Source: a virus. From it: a stretch of DNA of 64,000 nt. Positions 39,856 to 49,320 of this stretch are shown here, in pieces. The DNA is taken from IMG/VR virus record IMGVR_UViG_3300023116_008583, positions 1 to 64,000 of that record. One strand, given 5' to 3'. The position numbers and the translations under genes were made by a program. Numbering within the stretch: position 1 is the stretch's first letter; the number at the start of each line of letters is the position of its first letter. The notes beneath the pieces were generated by a model that was not told the DNA's origin, did no database searches, and saw only the letters and a list, made by a program, of their open reading frames with translations.

Positions 39856-40763
39856 TAACCTTTCCCGTCAATAAAATCGTTTTAGAGGGTTGCGACCTCT
39901 CAGGAAAGACAACGCTTTACAACGAGATACACAAAAGGTCAGGGTTTAGGTGGAACATGGATGATAGATCCGGTGTTTCAATGTGTGTTTACGCTAACCT
40001 TTATAATCGGGATGATTTTTATCACCGAAATAATCTCCATTTGGAGATGTCGAACTTAAACAACCAGTTTGTTCTTCTGTACCCAGACATTCATACCATT
40101 CATGAAAGATTTTTAAGCAGAGGTGATGAAGCACAAGATATCTCTTCTTTGAGCGACCTTCACGTTCTTTTTGGAAAAGAGCTTGAAAGATATTGCATGC
40201 TACCTAATTTTCATATTTTCCAGACCGGAAAACCAGAAGAACAAGCACAAGAAGTTGTAAGAAGATGTCGGAGGCTTGAAAATATCTCCATAGACACAAT
40301 CGGAAATTATGTCAGAGAGTTTGCCAAATTTCAGCCTAACAGAGAATCCACTACAGTTCAATTTCACTTTTATGATGACGGGACCTTTGGCACAGTTAAC
40401 GAAGCAATTCTTTCAACTCCTGGTGAAGAAGAATACTACCAAAAGATCAGGCAGAACTTCCTTCAAAAGATTGAAAATGAGCTTAAGGGAAACAATCACT
40501 ACGGTAGAAAAGAGACGCCTGAATCTAGGCGGTTTGTGTTTGCAGGCGAAGAATGCATATCGTTCATTCAGGCAGTATTTAGAGATGATCTACTTGATGT
40601 GCACGCTGTGTTTAGATCTTCCGATACCGAGCACAAGACAGGAACAGACGTTCAGCTGATACACATGCTTGGAAGAGATGTATTTAGAATTCTTAATCTA
40701 GACCCGGCCCAACACAAGGCTAGATTTCGATTTAATGTTAATAGTGCACACGTGCTAATCTAG
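39852..40763 (+). CDS. dNMP-kinase (P-loop) fused to a minimal thymidylate-synthase / dCMP-hydroxymethylase-fold domain
   Basis: N: LEGCDLSGKTT, DR, RF..RGDE; C: PESRR, C, FIQ, FRSSD-X7-D, NSAH. Confidence 0.7.
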   Translation: MITFPVNKIVLEGCDLSGKTTLYNEIHKRSGFRWNMDDRSGVSMCVYANLYNRDDFYHRNNLHLEMSNLNNQFVLLYPDIHTIHERFLSRGDEAQDISSLSDLHVLFGKELERYCMLPNFHIFQTGKPEEQAQEVVRRCRRLENISIDTIGNYVREFAKFQPNRESTTVQFHFYDDGTFGTVNEAILSTPGEEEYYQKIRQNFLQKIENELKGNNHYGRKETPESRRFVFAGEECISFIQAVFRDDLLDVHAVFRSSDTEHKTGTDVQLIHMLGRDVFRILNLDPAQHKARFRFNVNSAHVLI

Positions 40764-40773
40764 GAAAAAAACA

Positions 40774-41214
40774 GTGTCAGACCCAAACCACCGAAGCTCA
40801 AAATATCCTCTCAGCACAATGTCTGCGCCTATAAAACCTACAGATATCACAAGACACAAAGCTGAAACGCTTAAGGTTACAAATCACTATGTAAAAAAAG
40901 AATACGATCGCCTTTATGAGCAAGCTGAGGTTCTCATGAAGCAGTTTAATGATCTAGACCGACGCGTTAAAATAACGACTATGATCGAATCGGTTCGTAG
41001 AAAATTTAAACCCGTCCCTGGGAACACGTATTGGCTTTATATGAGAGACCGCGGAGATTTATTTTTAAGCCTAATAGGAAAAGATGATTGGGCAGCAGGA
41101 ATACCGGGGCAGTACGTTGCGCAAGTCGAAAGACTGGGTGATAGTACTTGGGAAGTAATTGATACACATGAAGACTTTAAGTCATTTTGGGAAAAAATCA
41201 AGGGAGACGAGTAA
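40774..41214 (+). CDS. Hypothetical protein (DUF2452-like)
   Basis: YP..SAP, coiled coil, FKPVPGNTYWLY..FLSLI..W..DSTW. Confidence 0.55.
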   Translation: MSDPNHRSSKYPLSTMSAPIKPTDITRHKAETLKVTNHYVKKEYDRLYEQAEVLMKQFNDLDRRVKITTMIESVRRKFKPVPGNTYWLYMRDRGDLFLSLIGKDDWAAGIPGQYVAQVERLGDSTWEVIDTHEDFKSFWEKIKGDE

Positions 41215-42141
41215 ATGAGAAGAGCACTAGTTACAGGTGCAGCAGGATTTATAGGATCAAATCTGGTCAAAAGGCTCTTGGCAGAAGGCTGGGATGTTGT
41301 AGGCGTAGATGACCTTAGCTCGGGACACCTTGAGCTACTTGACGGTGTTAGAGGACTGCGGCTTGTTATAAACGATTTCGCCTGCAAATCGATAATCGAA
41401 TCCATTGAGTGTCAAGAATTTGATGTCGTCTTTCACTTGGCGGCAATTCCAAGAGTAAGTTTCTCAGTTGAGAATCCTGCGCTTACCACTGACGTCAATG
41501 TCGCGAGAACAGTCTGTCTTATGGAGGCATGCCGCGGAAACGTAGAGAGGTTTGTGTATTCATCTTCTTCGTCGGTTTATGGAGGAGCGGATACTCTTCC
41601 TACACCAGTGACATATCCCAGAGATCCTAAGTCTCCATACGCATGGCAGAAATCTTGCATAGAAGATCTTCTTAGAACTTTTGGAAACTTGTACGATTTT
41701 GACTCCGTGTGCCTAAGATATTTTAATGTCTTTGGTCCCAGTCAATATGGTGACTCTCCTTACTCGACTGCAATCTCTGCGTGGTGTCATGCTGTTAAAA
41801 ACGGAACGCCTCTTCGCAAAGATGGATCAGGAGAGCAAAGTAGAGATATGTGTTATGTCGATAATGTTGTAGATGTAAACATTCGTGCAGCAAATCACGA
41901 AGGAACATTTAGAGGTGAAGCTTTCAATGTGGCATGCGGCGATCGAACAAGCAATAACGAAATCCTCGATGCCTTTAAAGAGAGGTTCGGAGATTTACAA
42001 ATAGATGAGGCACCGTTTAGGCCTGGAGATGTTATGCACACTCAGGCAGACATTTCAGAAACTGAACGTGTATTTGGTTATAAACCACTTGTTCGTTTTT
42101 GGGAAGGCCTTGAGAAAACTTTTGACTGGTGGGACATTTAA
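41215..42141 (+). CDS. NDP-sugar 4-epimerase (GalE/WbpP-like SDR)
   Basis: TGAAGFIG, HLAA, SSSSVYG, SPYAWQK, LRYFNVFGP, GEQSRD, RPGDV. Confidence 0.92.
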   Translation: MRRALVTGAAGFIGSNLVKRLLAEGWDVVGVDDLSSGHLELLDGVRGLRLVINDFACKSIIESIECQEFDVVFHLAAIPRVSFSVENPALTTDVNVARTVCLMEACRGNVERFVYSSSSSVYGGADTLPTPVTYPRDPKSPYAWQKSCIEDLLRTFGNLYDFDSVCLRYFNVFGPSQYGDSPYSTAISAWCHAVKNGTPLRKDGSGEQSRDMCYVDNVVDVNIRAANHEGTFRGEAFNVACGDRTSNNEILDAFKERFGDLQIDEAPFRPGDVMHTQADISETERVFGYKPLVRFWEGLEKTFDWWDI

Positions 42142-42189
42142 TAACGCAGGTGTAACAAGATACATATTTACAGCGTCTGGAGTAGTTTA

Positions 42190-44070
42190 ATGGGTGGTAT
42201 TGCATTTAAAGATAGTCAAGGAAGCTCATTAGCAAGCGGAGTTGAAAGACAATATGTGAAAGACACACTCGATGATCTCTTCACAAACCACTTAAAAGAT
42301 GCAGGAATTTCAGGATACGAGCCGGTTGGCTCTACGGGAAAGAAATCTATCGCTGGGGATCTTGATATCGCAGTTCAACCTGAACAGGAAGATGTCAAAC
42401 TAGCAAAAACTCAGATCTATAGAAATCTTGTTGGTTCGTTAGGCGCTGATAGAGTAAAGGTGATCGGTCCCAACCTCACAGTTTTATATCCAATAAAAGG
42501 TGATCCAGAAGAGCGAGATGCTCAGGTCGACTTAATGATTGCGCCAGATCTTGAGAGCGCAGGGTGGTTGATGGCAGGTGTCGGGGACGAAGGCATCAAA
42601 GGCATTTTTAGAAACGTGATGCTTGGGCATATTGCTGCAGAGAGAAGCAAAGAGCTTGGAACTCATGAGAAGTTAACTGTCGCCACCCCCGGCGGACTAG
42701 GCAGACTTTCTCTTGATCCTGCTCTTGATCCTGAGTTACCAAAAAACAAGCGAAAGTTTAAGCTAGTAGGCCCGAGAATCACTAGCCCGCAAGCAATATT
42801 GGACGGTTTAGGCATTCCAAGCAATCCATCAGAGACTGCAAGTTTTGAAGGACTGGTAAATGTTATGACTAAAGATCCTGAGTTAAAACAAATGCTTTCG
42901 ACGTTTAAAGATTATTTATCACAAAGAGTGACTAATGCACAACACCCACAATTTCAAAGAGTGCTAAGTCACGTGGAGTCAGTTATGAGTGAAGCTATGA
43001 TTAGAAGTGCAGTGAGAAAGATGCTAGAAATGAAGCAGAATCAACTGCAGGAAAAGATTGTAAAGATAGGTGAGGATGAGCTTTACGATCTCACAGATGA
43101 TAACCTCGAAGCTCTGAGATCATTTATACGATCCGAGCTCGGTGTAAGCGAATACGATCCTGACGCATCACGTCAGTCTTACATTGATTCGATTGACGCA
43201 GTGAGAGGTGACACTCAATTTTCTGATGCTATGGCAGGCTACCCTGATGAGTACAAAAAACTTGTTTTGGATTATCTCATGTCTGCTGAAGAAGGACCAG
43301 ATGAGATTGGTCCAATGCTATTTTCTCTCTCTGCAGGCAATTCATCCCTAGTAGATATCCCAGATCAGCTTTTAGATATTCTTCACTATAATGAAGGGCA
43401 AGGGCTTGGGCGAGGAGAGCTTTTAACTCCACTTCTTTACGACAAGTCTTCTTGGGTTGGCGGTGCATCCGCTACACACGACGTAGATATCGGAGATCAA
43501 GCCTGGGAAATTAAGCATCACAGGTCTTTCAACGAACCTTTCGTTTTCGGTGGCGGTGCAAAGTCTTTCTTTAGATCGCCTAATAATCTCGCTTCAGCAA
43601 TTAAAGCTGCTGGGTACGATATAGACCAGTTGCAAACAATGGGTAGAGACGAAAGCTTAAAGGCGATTGAGGACATTGTCACTAACTACAAGCCAGAGAT
43701 TGACGGTAAGGTTATAGACTCTTCTGCAAAGATGCTTCACTTGCTTGATCAAATTGCTAGAGAGCACGTTCTACCCAAGGGAGAGGCAGGCGTTCTTTTA
43801 TATCAGTCTAAGTCCGCTGCTGGATCACCTGCAAAAACTAGATTTGTTGACAAGGATGATCTTTACTTCTACGCTTTCGGTGGAAGAAAGACCGGTAGAT
43901 ATCTTCTATACGCACCTGAATCACCATCCCCCAGTCGAGAATCTATGGCACCTCCCGTTGTTGACGAAGAAGAACCAGCACAACCTGAAGAGGCTGAGCA
44001 GTCAGAAGAAAATCTGAATGAGTCAGCGCAAAATCGATGGCAGCTAATAGCGGGTATCAAAGATGTCTAA
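42190..44070 (+). CDS. Two-domain protein: Pol-beta-type nucleotidyltransferase + PD-(D/E)XK nuclease-like domain
   Basis: VGSTGKK..GDLDIAV..QVDLM; linker EAMIRSAVRKMLE; GRGELL..DVDIG..WEIK; tail LNESAQNRWQLIAGIK. Confidence 0.65.
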   Translation: MGGIAFKDSQGSSLASGVERQYVKDTLDDLFTNHLKDAGISGYEPVGSTGKKSIAGDLDIAVQPEQEDVKLAKTQIYRNLVGSLGADRVKVIGPNLTVLYPIKGDPEERDAQVDLMIAPDLESAGWLMAGVGDEGIKGIFRNVMLGHIAAERSKELGTHEKLTVATPGGLGRLSLDPALDPELPKNKRKFKLVGPRITSPQAILDGLGIPSNPSETASFEGLVNVMTKDPELKQMLSTFKDYLSQRVTNAQHPQFQRVLSHVESVMSEAMIRSAVRKMLEMKQNQLQEKIVKIGEDELYDLTDDNLEALRSFIRSELGVSEYDPDASRQSYIDSIDAVRGDTQFSDAMAGYPDEYKKLVLDYLMSAEEGPDEIGPMLFSLSAGNSSLVDIPDQLLDILHYNEGQGLGRGELLTPLLYDKSSWVGGASATHDVDIGDQAWEIKHHRSFNEPFVFGGGAKSFFRSPNNLASAIKAAGYDIDQLQTMGRDESLKAIEDIVTNYKPEIDGKVIDSSAKMLHLLDQIAREHVLPKGEAGVLLYQSKSAAGSPAKTRFVDKDDLYFYAFGGRKTGRYLLYAPESPSPSRESMAPPVVDEEEPAQPEEAEQSEENLNESAQNRWQLIAGIKDV

Positions 44071-44659
44071 TATGAAGGTCTTGATGGAAGGGTGGAGAAC
44101 CTTTCTAAATGAGCAAGACGACGATCAGGGGCATTATTATCATTTATCACCTGTGAAATTTGAACAGTTCGCCCAGCAACTCAAACCTGCCCACATAGCG
44201 TCAGAGCCTGGATTTCACTTTGGAACCAAAAAGACTGCGCTAATAGTCGCAGACAAGCTCAAGAAAGAGGGCAGAGTAAAACCAGGTGACGTGGTTTATC
44301 TTTATAAAGTAAGCCTTAACATGACTAGCCCACTAAAGATGCTTGAGAATAGAATGGGATCTTGGGGTGTTGCATCTATTGTTAACGAGATGTTTGAGGG
44401 AGAAACTTCATTTTCACCGTCTGATGAACAAATTGATGATTTCTATGAAGATGTAGTCACAACACCTTCAGGCGAGAACTTAAAAGATTTAATGTTCGAA
44501 CCCGCTATAGAAGTAAAAGAATTCATTAGCTGGTTTAACGATCAAGGCTATGATTCAATCGAATATGATAACACATTTGAAGGTGGAGGAACATCTTACA
44601 TTGTGTTTAAGCCTGAACAAATCTCCATCGTTGATGTTGAAGAGTACGAAGTTTCTTAA
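44063..44659 (+). CDS. ADP-ribosyltransferase-like protein (ART-PolyVal type)
   Basis: YYH.S..FEQF, GFHFG..A, YKVSLNM..PL, GYDSIEY.N..E..SYIVFKPEQI. Confidence 0.7.
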   Translation: MSNMKVLMEGWRTFLNEQDDDQGHYYHLSPVKFEQFAQQLKPAHIASEPGFHFGTKKTALIVADKLKKEGRVKPGDVVYLYKVSLNMTSPLKMLENRMGSWGVASIVNEMFEGETSFSPSDEQIDDFYEDVVTTPSGENLKDLMFEPAIEVKEFISWFNDQGYDSIEYDNTFEGGGTSYIVFKPEQISIVDVEEYEVS

Positions 44660-44727
44660 TTTAAACATAATAAAAGAATAAAAAAACCTCGAATGTGTTA
44701 TAATCATTTATATCACATGGAGAAATA

Positions 44728-45756
44728 GTGAAGATCCTTGAAACTCTGTCTTACGACGACGTCCTGCTAGTTCCGCAATACAGCGATATTCGATCCCGAA
44801 CAGAATGCGATACTTCAGTAAAGCTAGGCCCAGGAGTTGAACTATCGATTCCTGTTATCTCTTCTTGTATGGACACAGTAACAGAAGATGTGATGGCTGC
44901 TGCAATGAGCCTGATGGGCGGGTTAGGTGTTATTCACAGGTATAATTCACCTCAAGAACAGTCTGAGTTGGTCCAGATCGCTGTCAAATTAGTAGAGCAT
45001 GCCGCCCCGATAGGCGCTGCAATTGGAGTCACGGATGATTTTATGGAAAGGGCTGAACTTTTGGTCCATGCTGGAGTCTCTGCTCTCTGTGTTGATGTAG
45101 CGCATGGTCATCATATTCTGGTTAAGGAAGCACTGGAAAATCTTAGAAGTAAATTTGGAAATAATCTGTGTATCATCGCAGGAAATGTTGCGACACTACA
45201 AGGAATAAACGACCTCGCAGACTGGGGTGCAAACGCTGTAAGGTGCAATATTGGGGGAGGATCAATTTGCAGTACAAGAATTCAGACTGGGCATGGTGTG
45301 CCAGGTCTCCAGACAATCTTTGACTGTGCCCAAACTGATCGAGACGTTAAAATTATCGCTGACGGCGGTATTAAGAACAGCGGTGATGCTACAAAGGCAC
45401 TAGCAGCAGGATCAGACTGTATTATGCTAGGTTCTATGCTTTCTGGGACTGATGAATCTCCCGGCGATATCATTTATAGCAACGGTCAAAAGAGGAAAGC
45501 TTATAGGGGCATGGCAAGCCCTGAAGCACAGTTTGACTGGAGGGGCAGAGCCAGCTCTCTAGAAGGTATTTCAACAACTGTTCCTTATAAAGGCAGCGTA
45601 AAAGATATAATTAATACGTTGATGCAGGGCATAAGAAGTGGCTTTTCCTATTCAGGAAGTCGAACTTTAAGTGAGCTGCATGCAAAAGCAAAGTTTGTGA
45701 AACAAACAGGAGCAGGAGCTGTAGAAAGTGGGACTCATATTCTCTCAAGTAACTAA
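44728..45756 (+). CDS. IMP dehydrogenase / GMP reductase (no CBS domains)
   Basis: LSYDDVLLVP, MDTVTE, DVAHGH, AGNVAT, GSICSTR, ADGGI, YRGMAS, EG. Confidence 0.92.
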   Translation: MKILETLSYDDVLLVPQYSDIRSRTECDTSVKLGPGVELSIPVISSCMDTVTEDVMAAAMSLMGGLGVIHRYNSPQEQSELVQIAVKLVEHAAPIGAAIGVTDDFMERAELLVHAGVSALCVDVAHGHHILVKEALENLRSKFGNNLCIIAGNVATLQGINDLADWGANAVRCNIGGGSICSTRIQTGHGVPGLQTIFDCAQTDRDVKIIADGGIKNSGDATKALAAGSDCIMLGSMLSGTDESPGDIIYSNGQKRKAYRGMASPEAQFDWRGRASSLEGISTTVPYKGSVKDIINTLMQGIRSGFSYSGSRTLSELHAKAKFVKQTGAGAVESGTHILSSN

Positions 45757-46426
45757 GATCTTACAGGGCTTAATAAACTCCTTTGTTTCGAATGAAATGA
45801 AAAAGACTGCTTGTCAAATCAAGGAGGCAGAAGGTATGCCATGTGAGAATAGATACATGTGGATTATTGATAATGGGCACGGAGAGTCTACCCCTGGAAA
45901 AAGATCTCCTGAATTTAAAGATGGATCACAGTTAAGAGAATATCTTTTCAATAGAAGAGTTTCCGCTCACTTAATGGAGCTCCTTGATGACGCCAGAATT
46001 TGCTATCGTAATCTTGTCCCAGAATTAGAAAATGATATCGCACTATCAGAAAGAGTTAAAAGAGCAAACGAGATTGAAACAGAATTACCAAAAATTTTAA
46101 TTTCAATTCATGGAAATGCTTTTGGTTCTGATTGGACATCACCCTCAGGCATTGAGACGTACCACTTTACTGGAAGCAAAACAGGAAAAACTCTCGCTCA
46201 AATATTTCAAGATAAACTAACGATGGAAACAGGATGGAAAGACAGAGGTGTAAAAAACTCTGGCTTTTATATTTTGCGCCATACAAGCATGCCTGCAATT
46301 TTGACTGAGAATGGTTTCTTTACAAACAAAGAAGAATGCAAAAAAATGATGTCGGATGAATGGTGTCAAAAAATTGCAAAAGCACATTTTAATGCAATCC
46401 AGGAGATTGAAAGAGAGGGAATATGA
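45728..46426 (+). CDS. N-acetylmuramoyl-L-alanine amidase (Amidase_3, endolysin candidate)
   Basis: DNGHG, RE..FN, LSERVKRAN, SIHGNA, PAILTENGF. Confidence 0.9.
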   Translation: MGLIFSQVTKILQGLINSFVSNEMKKTACQIKEAEGMPCENRYMWIIDNGHGESTPGKRSPEFKDGSQLREYLFNRRVSAHLMELLDDARICYRNLVPELENDIALSERVKRANEIETELPKILISIHGNAFGSDWTSPSGIETYHFTGSKTGKTLAQIFQDKLTMETGWKDRGVKNSGFYILRHTSMPAILTENGFFTNKEECKKMMSDEWCQKIAKAHFNAIQEIEREGI

Positions 46427-46626
46427 TAAAAACTGGTGATCTAAAAAAGTTTAAAAAGGCAATTGAGGAAGCAATCAGAGATTTGCCTAGCGACATTAAT
46501 ATGGGCTCTCATTCTGCCAGAAGCTACGCCAGAGACAAGATCTATGACAGACTGATGGATGAGTTTCAGGTTCGACCACCTCAGCCCAGTGATATTCCCC
46601 CGCTTGAGATTGAAATGGAAATTTAA
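46423..46626 (+). CDS. Hypothetical protein
   Basis: Coupled ORF. Confidence 0.45.
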   Translation: MIKTGDLKKFKKAIEEAIRDLPSDINMGSHSARSYARDKIYDRLMDEFQVRPPQPSDIPPLEIEMEI

Positions 46627-46812
46627 ATGAGCCGGCGTCATAGGCGCATCTTACTAAACAACGACATTTATAAGATTATAATGAAGGTGTTCAACCGAAA
46701 GGGTAGATTCTGGTTAGTGCGTGTCCCGTGTTTAAAAAGATTTTTAGCGCATGAGATTGCCAATGAAGTTTCTAAGAGAGTTGAAGAGGAAATAGAGCGT
46801 GAGACATCCTGA
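46627..46812 (+). CDS. Hypothetical protein
   Basis: Coupled ORF. Confidence 0.4.
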   Translation: MSRRHRRILLNNDIYKIIMKVFNRKGRFWLVRVPCLKRFLAHEIANEVSKRVEEEIERETS

Positions 46813-47371
46813 GTTCATCATATTTACGGGACCTATGTTTGGATCTAAGACTACTCGGCTCATGGCAGTAGTTGATAGATTTAAGTACCAGAATAGAAAG
46901 GTGCTTGCATTTAAGCCGAAAATGGATGACAGATATGATCAAGCTGATATCGTAACTCACAACGGAGGAAAGATAACAGCAAGCACGATACACGATGCCG
47001 CAGAGATATTCATGCACTTGGCAGAATCAGATGACAACTATGATGTTGTAGCCGTAGATGAAGCGTTTATGATCAGTGGTATTGCAGATGTTCTCATATG
47101 GCTTTACCAGCGAGGAATAACAGTTGTAGTTTCTTCTTTGGATATGTCAGCCACATGTAAGCCGTTTGATGAGCTGCAGAAGATGATGCCTTGGGCTACA
47201 AAAATCGAGAAGTGTCCAGCTGTTTGTCCCGTTTGTAGTAGAGATGCCTACTATACTTATAAAAAGAATAATGATGGCATTGAGATCGCTGTGGGTGGTG
47301 CTGAGCTTTACGAGCCGAGATGCTTTGATCACCACCCCCTTATGAATAAGAGAGAGTACAATGATACCTAA
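46799..47371 (+). CDS. tdk: Thymidine kinase (type II)
   Basis: GPMFGSKTT, FKP..DDRY, VDEA, C..C..YEPRC..H. Confidence 0.92.
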   Translation: MRHPEFIIFTGPMFGSKTTRLMAVVDRFKYQNRKVLAFKPKMDDRYDQADIVTHNGGKITASTIHDAAEIFMHLAESDDNYDVVAVDEAFMISGIADVLIWLYQRGITVVVSSLDMSATCKPFDELQKMMPWATKIEKCPAVCPVCSRDAYYTYKKNNDGIEIAVGGAELYEPRCFDHHPLMNKREYNDT

Positions 47372-48236
47372 CCCCAGGGACGTAGATCTTGTCATTTATC
47401 ACAAGAACTGCACAGACGGTTTTGGAGCAGCATACTCTGCCTGGAGGCTTCTGGGCAATAGAGCTGAGTACGTTGCTTGTGCTCATGGAGAAGATCCGCC
47501 AGATGTAAAAGGAAAGAAAGTTGCCATTTGTGACTTTTCTTTTAAGAATTCTGTTACAAAGAAAATGATCGAAGATGCGGACGCGCTGGTTGTGCTCGAT
47601 CATCACAAATCAGCAATGGTTGAACTGCATGATATTCCTGACGCAATTTTCAACATGGAAAAATCAGGTGCTGTGATCACTTGGGAATTCTTTCATCCCG
47701 GCAAAGATGTGCCAAAATTCATCCAGTATATCGAGGATAGAGATTTGTGGAAGTGGGATCTTCCTTATTCAAAGGAGTTCGCAGCCGCTTTTGATATGGT
47801 GCCTTTTGCATTTGAAGAGTTTGAGAAGTTTGAAGATGACTCTGTGTTTGACGACGCAGTTAAAAGAGGTAGTTACATTCTTGCCTACTCAAAAACAGTT
47901 GTTAAAAAGATTGCAGATAAAGCGATTCCAAGAAAACTTGCAGGACACGAAGCACTTGTTGTTAACGCCTCACACTGGATGTCGGAGATAGGAAACGCTC
48001 TCTCACCTCACTGTGACCTTGCTCTCATTTGGTTTCACGATCACGAAGACAAGAAAATTCGAGTAAGCTTAAGAGCATTCCATGACAACATAGATGCGTC
48101 AGAGATCGCTAAGCAGTTCGGTGGAGGCGGTCATAAGTCTGCTGCAGGCTTTACATGGGAAAAGAATATTGAAGAGCTTTTTGACAAGCCAAAGAGAAGA
48201 ACAAAAAAGTCAGCACAAAAAAGCAAAGATGATTGA
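47361..48236 (+). CDS. DHH/DHHA1 phosphoesterase
   Basis: YHKNCTDG, DFS, LDHH, EDRDLW, SLR, GGGGHKSAAGF. Confidence 0.88.
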   Translation: MIPNPRDVDLVIYHKNCTDGFGAAYSAWRLLGNRAEYVACAHGEDPPDVKGKKVAICDFSFKNSVTKKMIEDADALVVLDHHKSAMVELHDIPDAIFNMEKSGAVITWEFFHPGKDVPKFIQYIEDRDLWKWDLPYSKEFAAAFDMVPFAFEEFEKFEDDSVFDDAVKRGSYILAYSKTVVKKIADKAIPRKLAGHEALVVNASHWMSEIGNALSPHCDLALIWFHDHEDKKIRVSLRAFHDNIDASEIAKQFGGGGHKSAAGFTWEKNIEELFDKPKRRTKKSAQKSKDD

Positions 48237-48778
48237 AAGGAATCTCTATGAAGTACTTATTGATGCTTAGTCTAATGTTATTGCCTGCTGTATCGCAGGC
48301 CGAAGAGCAACGAATCGGTTTCGTTGCAGGTTCAACTTATGGTGTAGGGTTAGGCTACAGTAAGCAACATAAGGATGGCACTGGGTGGCAAGTCTCAGCC
48401 CTACCTATTGTTGAGGACGACTTTGACGCCACAGTCTTTCTTGGTGGAACTTACTTCAAGACGCTCAACGCCACATCTTGGGGTCGAGCTTACTGGTCAT
48501 TCGGCGCCGCTGCGTTCTACAGCCGGAACACCGATGAACGGTTTGAGTGGATTTGTGACGATGCTCGTGAAAACTGTCGAGATGTTAGCCTGGGATCAAC
48601 ACTGGACGAAGGTGTTGTACTTTCTTTCGGTCCGGGTGTAGGCTTGGAGCGCCGCTGGAAGCAGTTTGCGCTGTCTCTGGAGCTTCCTCTTGCCATTCAG
48701 GTTGGTTATGCTGCGCACAAGCCACGCTTCTTCGGCGTGCATCCCATTCCTAACTTTTCCCTGATGTATTTCTGGTAA
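48233..48778 (+). CDS. Exported outer-membrane beta-barrel-like protein
   Basis: Signal peptide ending SQA; alternating amphipathic Gly/aromatic strands; terminal aromatic (SLMYFW). Confidence 0.55.
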   Translation: MKGISMKYLLMLSLMLLPAVSQAEEQRIGFVAGSTYGVGLGYSKQHKDGTGWQVSALPIVEDDFDATVFLGGTYFKTLNATSWGRAYWSFGAAAFYSRNTDERFEWICDDARENCRDVSLGSTLDEGVVLSFGPGVGLERRWKQFALSLELPLAIQVGYAAHKPRFFGVHPIPNFSLMYFW

Positions 48779-48779
48779 G

Positions 48780-49271
48780 ATGCCAAAGTTTCCTGATGAT
48801 CCAAATTGCTATGACTGCGGGTGCGATAGTAAGCCAGCGTGTCCGGGCTATCAGGAAGATGGGCGTCCTGAATGGGATAATGTGTGGATGAAAGTTACTC
48901 ACAATGTAGCTGAACGCTCTTATGACCCTAGGCATAAAGTAGGTACCATTATCGTTACTGAGGATAACACGCAGTTGCTTTCCTTGGGATATAACGGTAA
49001 CTATAAAGGCGGCCCAAACAGAGCTGAATCAGATCAACCTGGTGAATCTGGATTTATACACGCAGAGCAGAATGCACTTATTAAACTAGATTTTAACAAC
49101 CCAAAAGTAAAAAAGATGTACATTACGCTAAGTCCTTGTTCACATTGTGCCAAAATGATTGTTAACTCGAACATTGACGAAGTGATATACGATCAAGAGT
49201 ATAGAGACTCTCGAGGACTAGGCATTCTTCGAGAAGCAGGAGTTAAGGTAAGACAGTACAGTGCTTCGTAA
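48780..49271 (+). CDS. dCMP deaminase
   Basis: RS.D..KVG, GYNG, HAEQNA, SPCSHC. Confidence 0.9.
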   Translation: MPKFPDDPNCYDCGCDSKPACPGYQEDGRPEWDNVWMKVTHNVAERSYDPRHKVGTIIVTEDNTQLLSLGYNGNYKGGPNRAESDQPGESGFIHAEQNALIKLDFNNPKVKKMYITLSPCSHCAKMIVNSNIDEVIYDQEYRDSRGLGILREAGVKVRQYSAS

Positions 49272-49320
49272 TGTAAATGCTGGTTTTGCTGAATATTTAT
49301 ATCCGGATTGGAGCGTTAAT

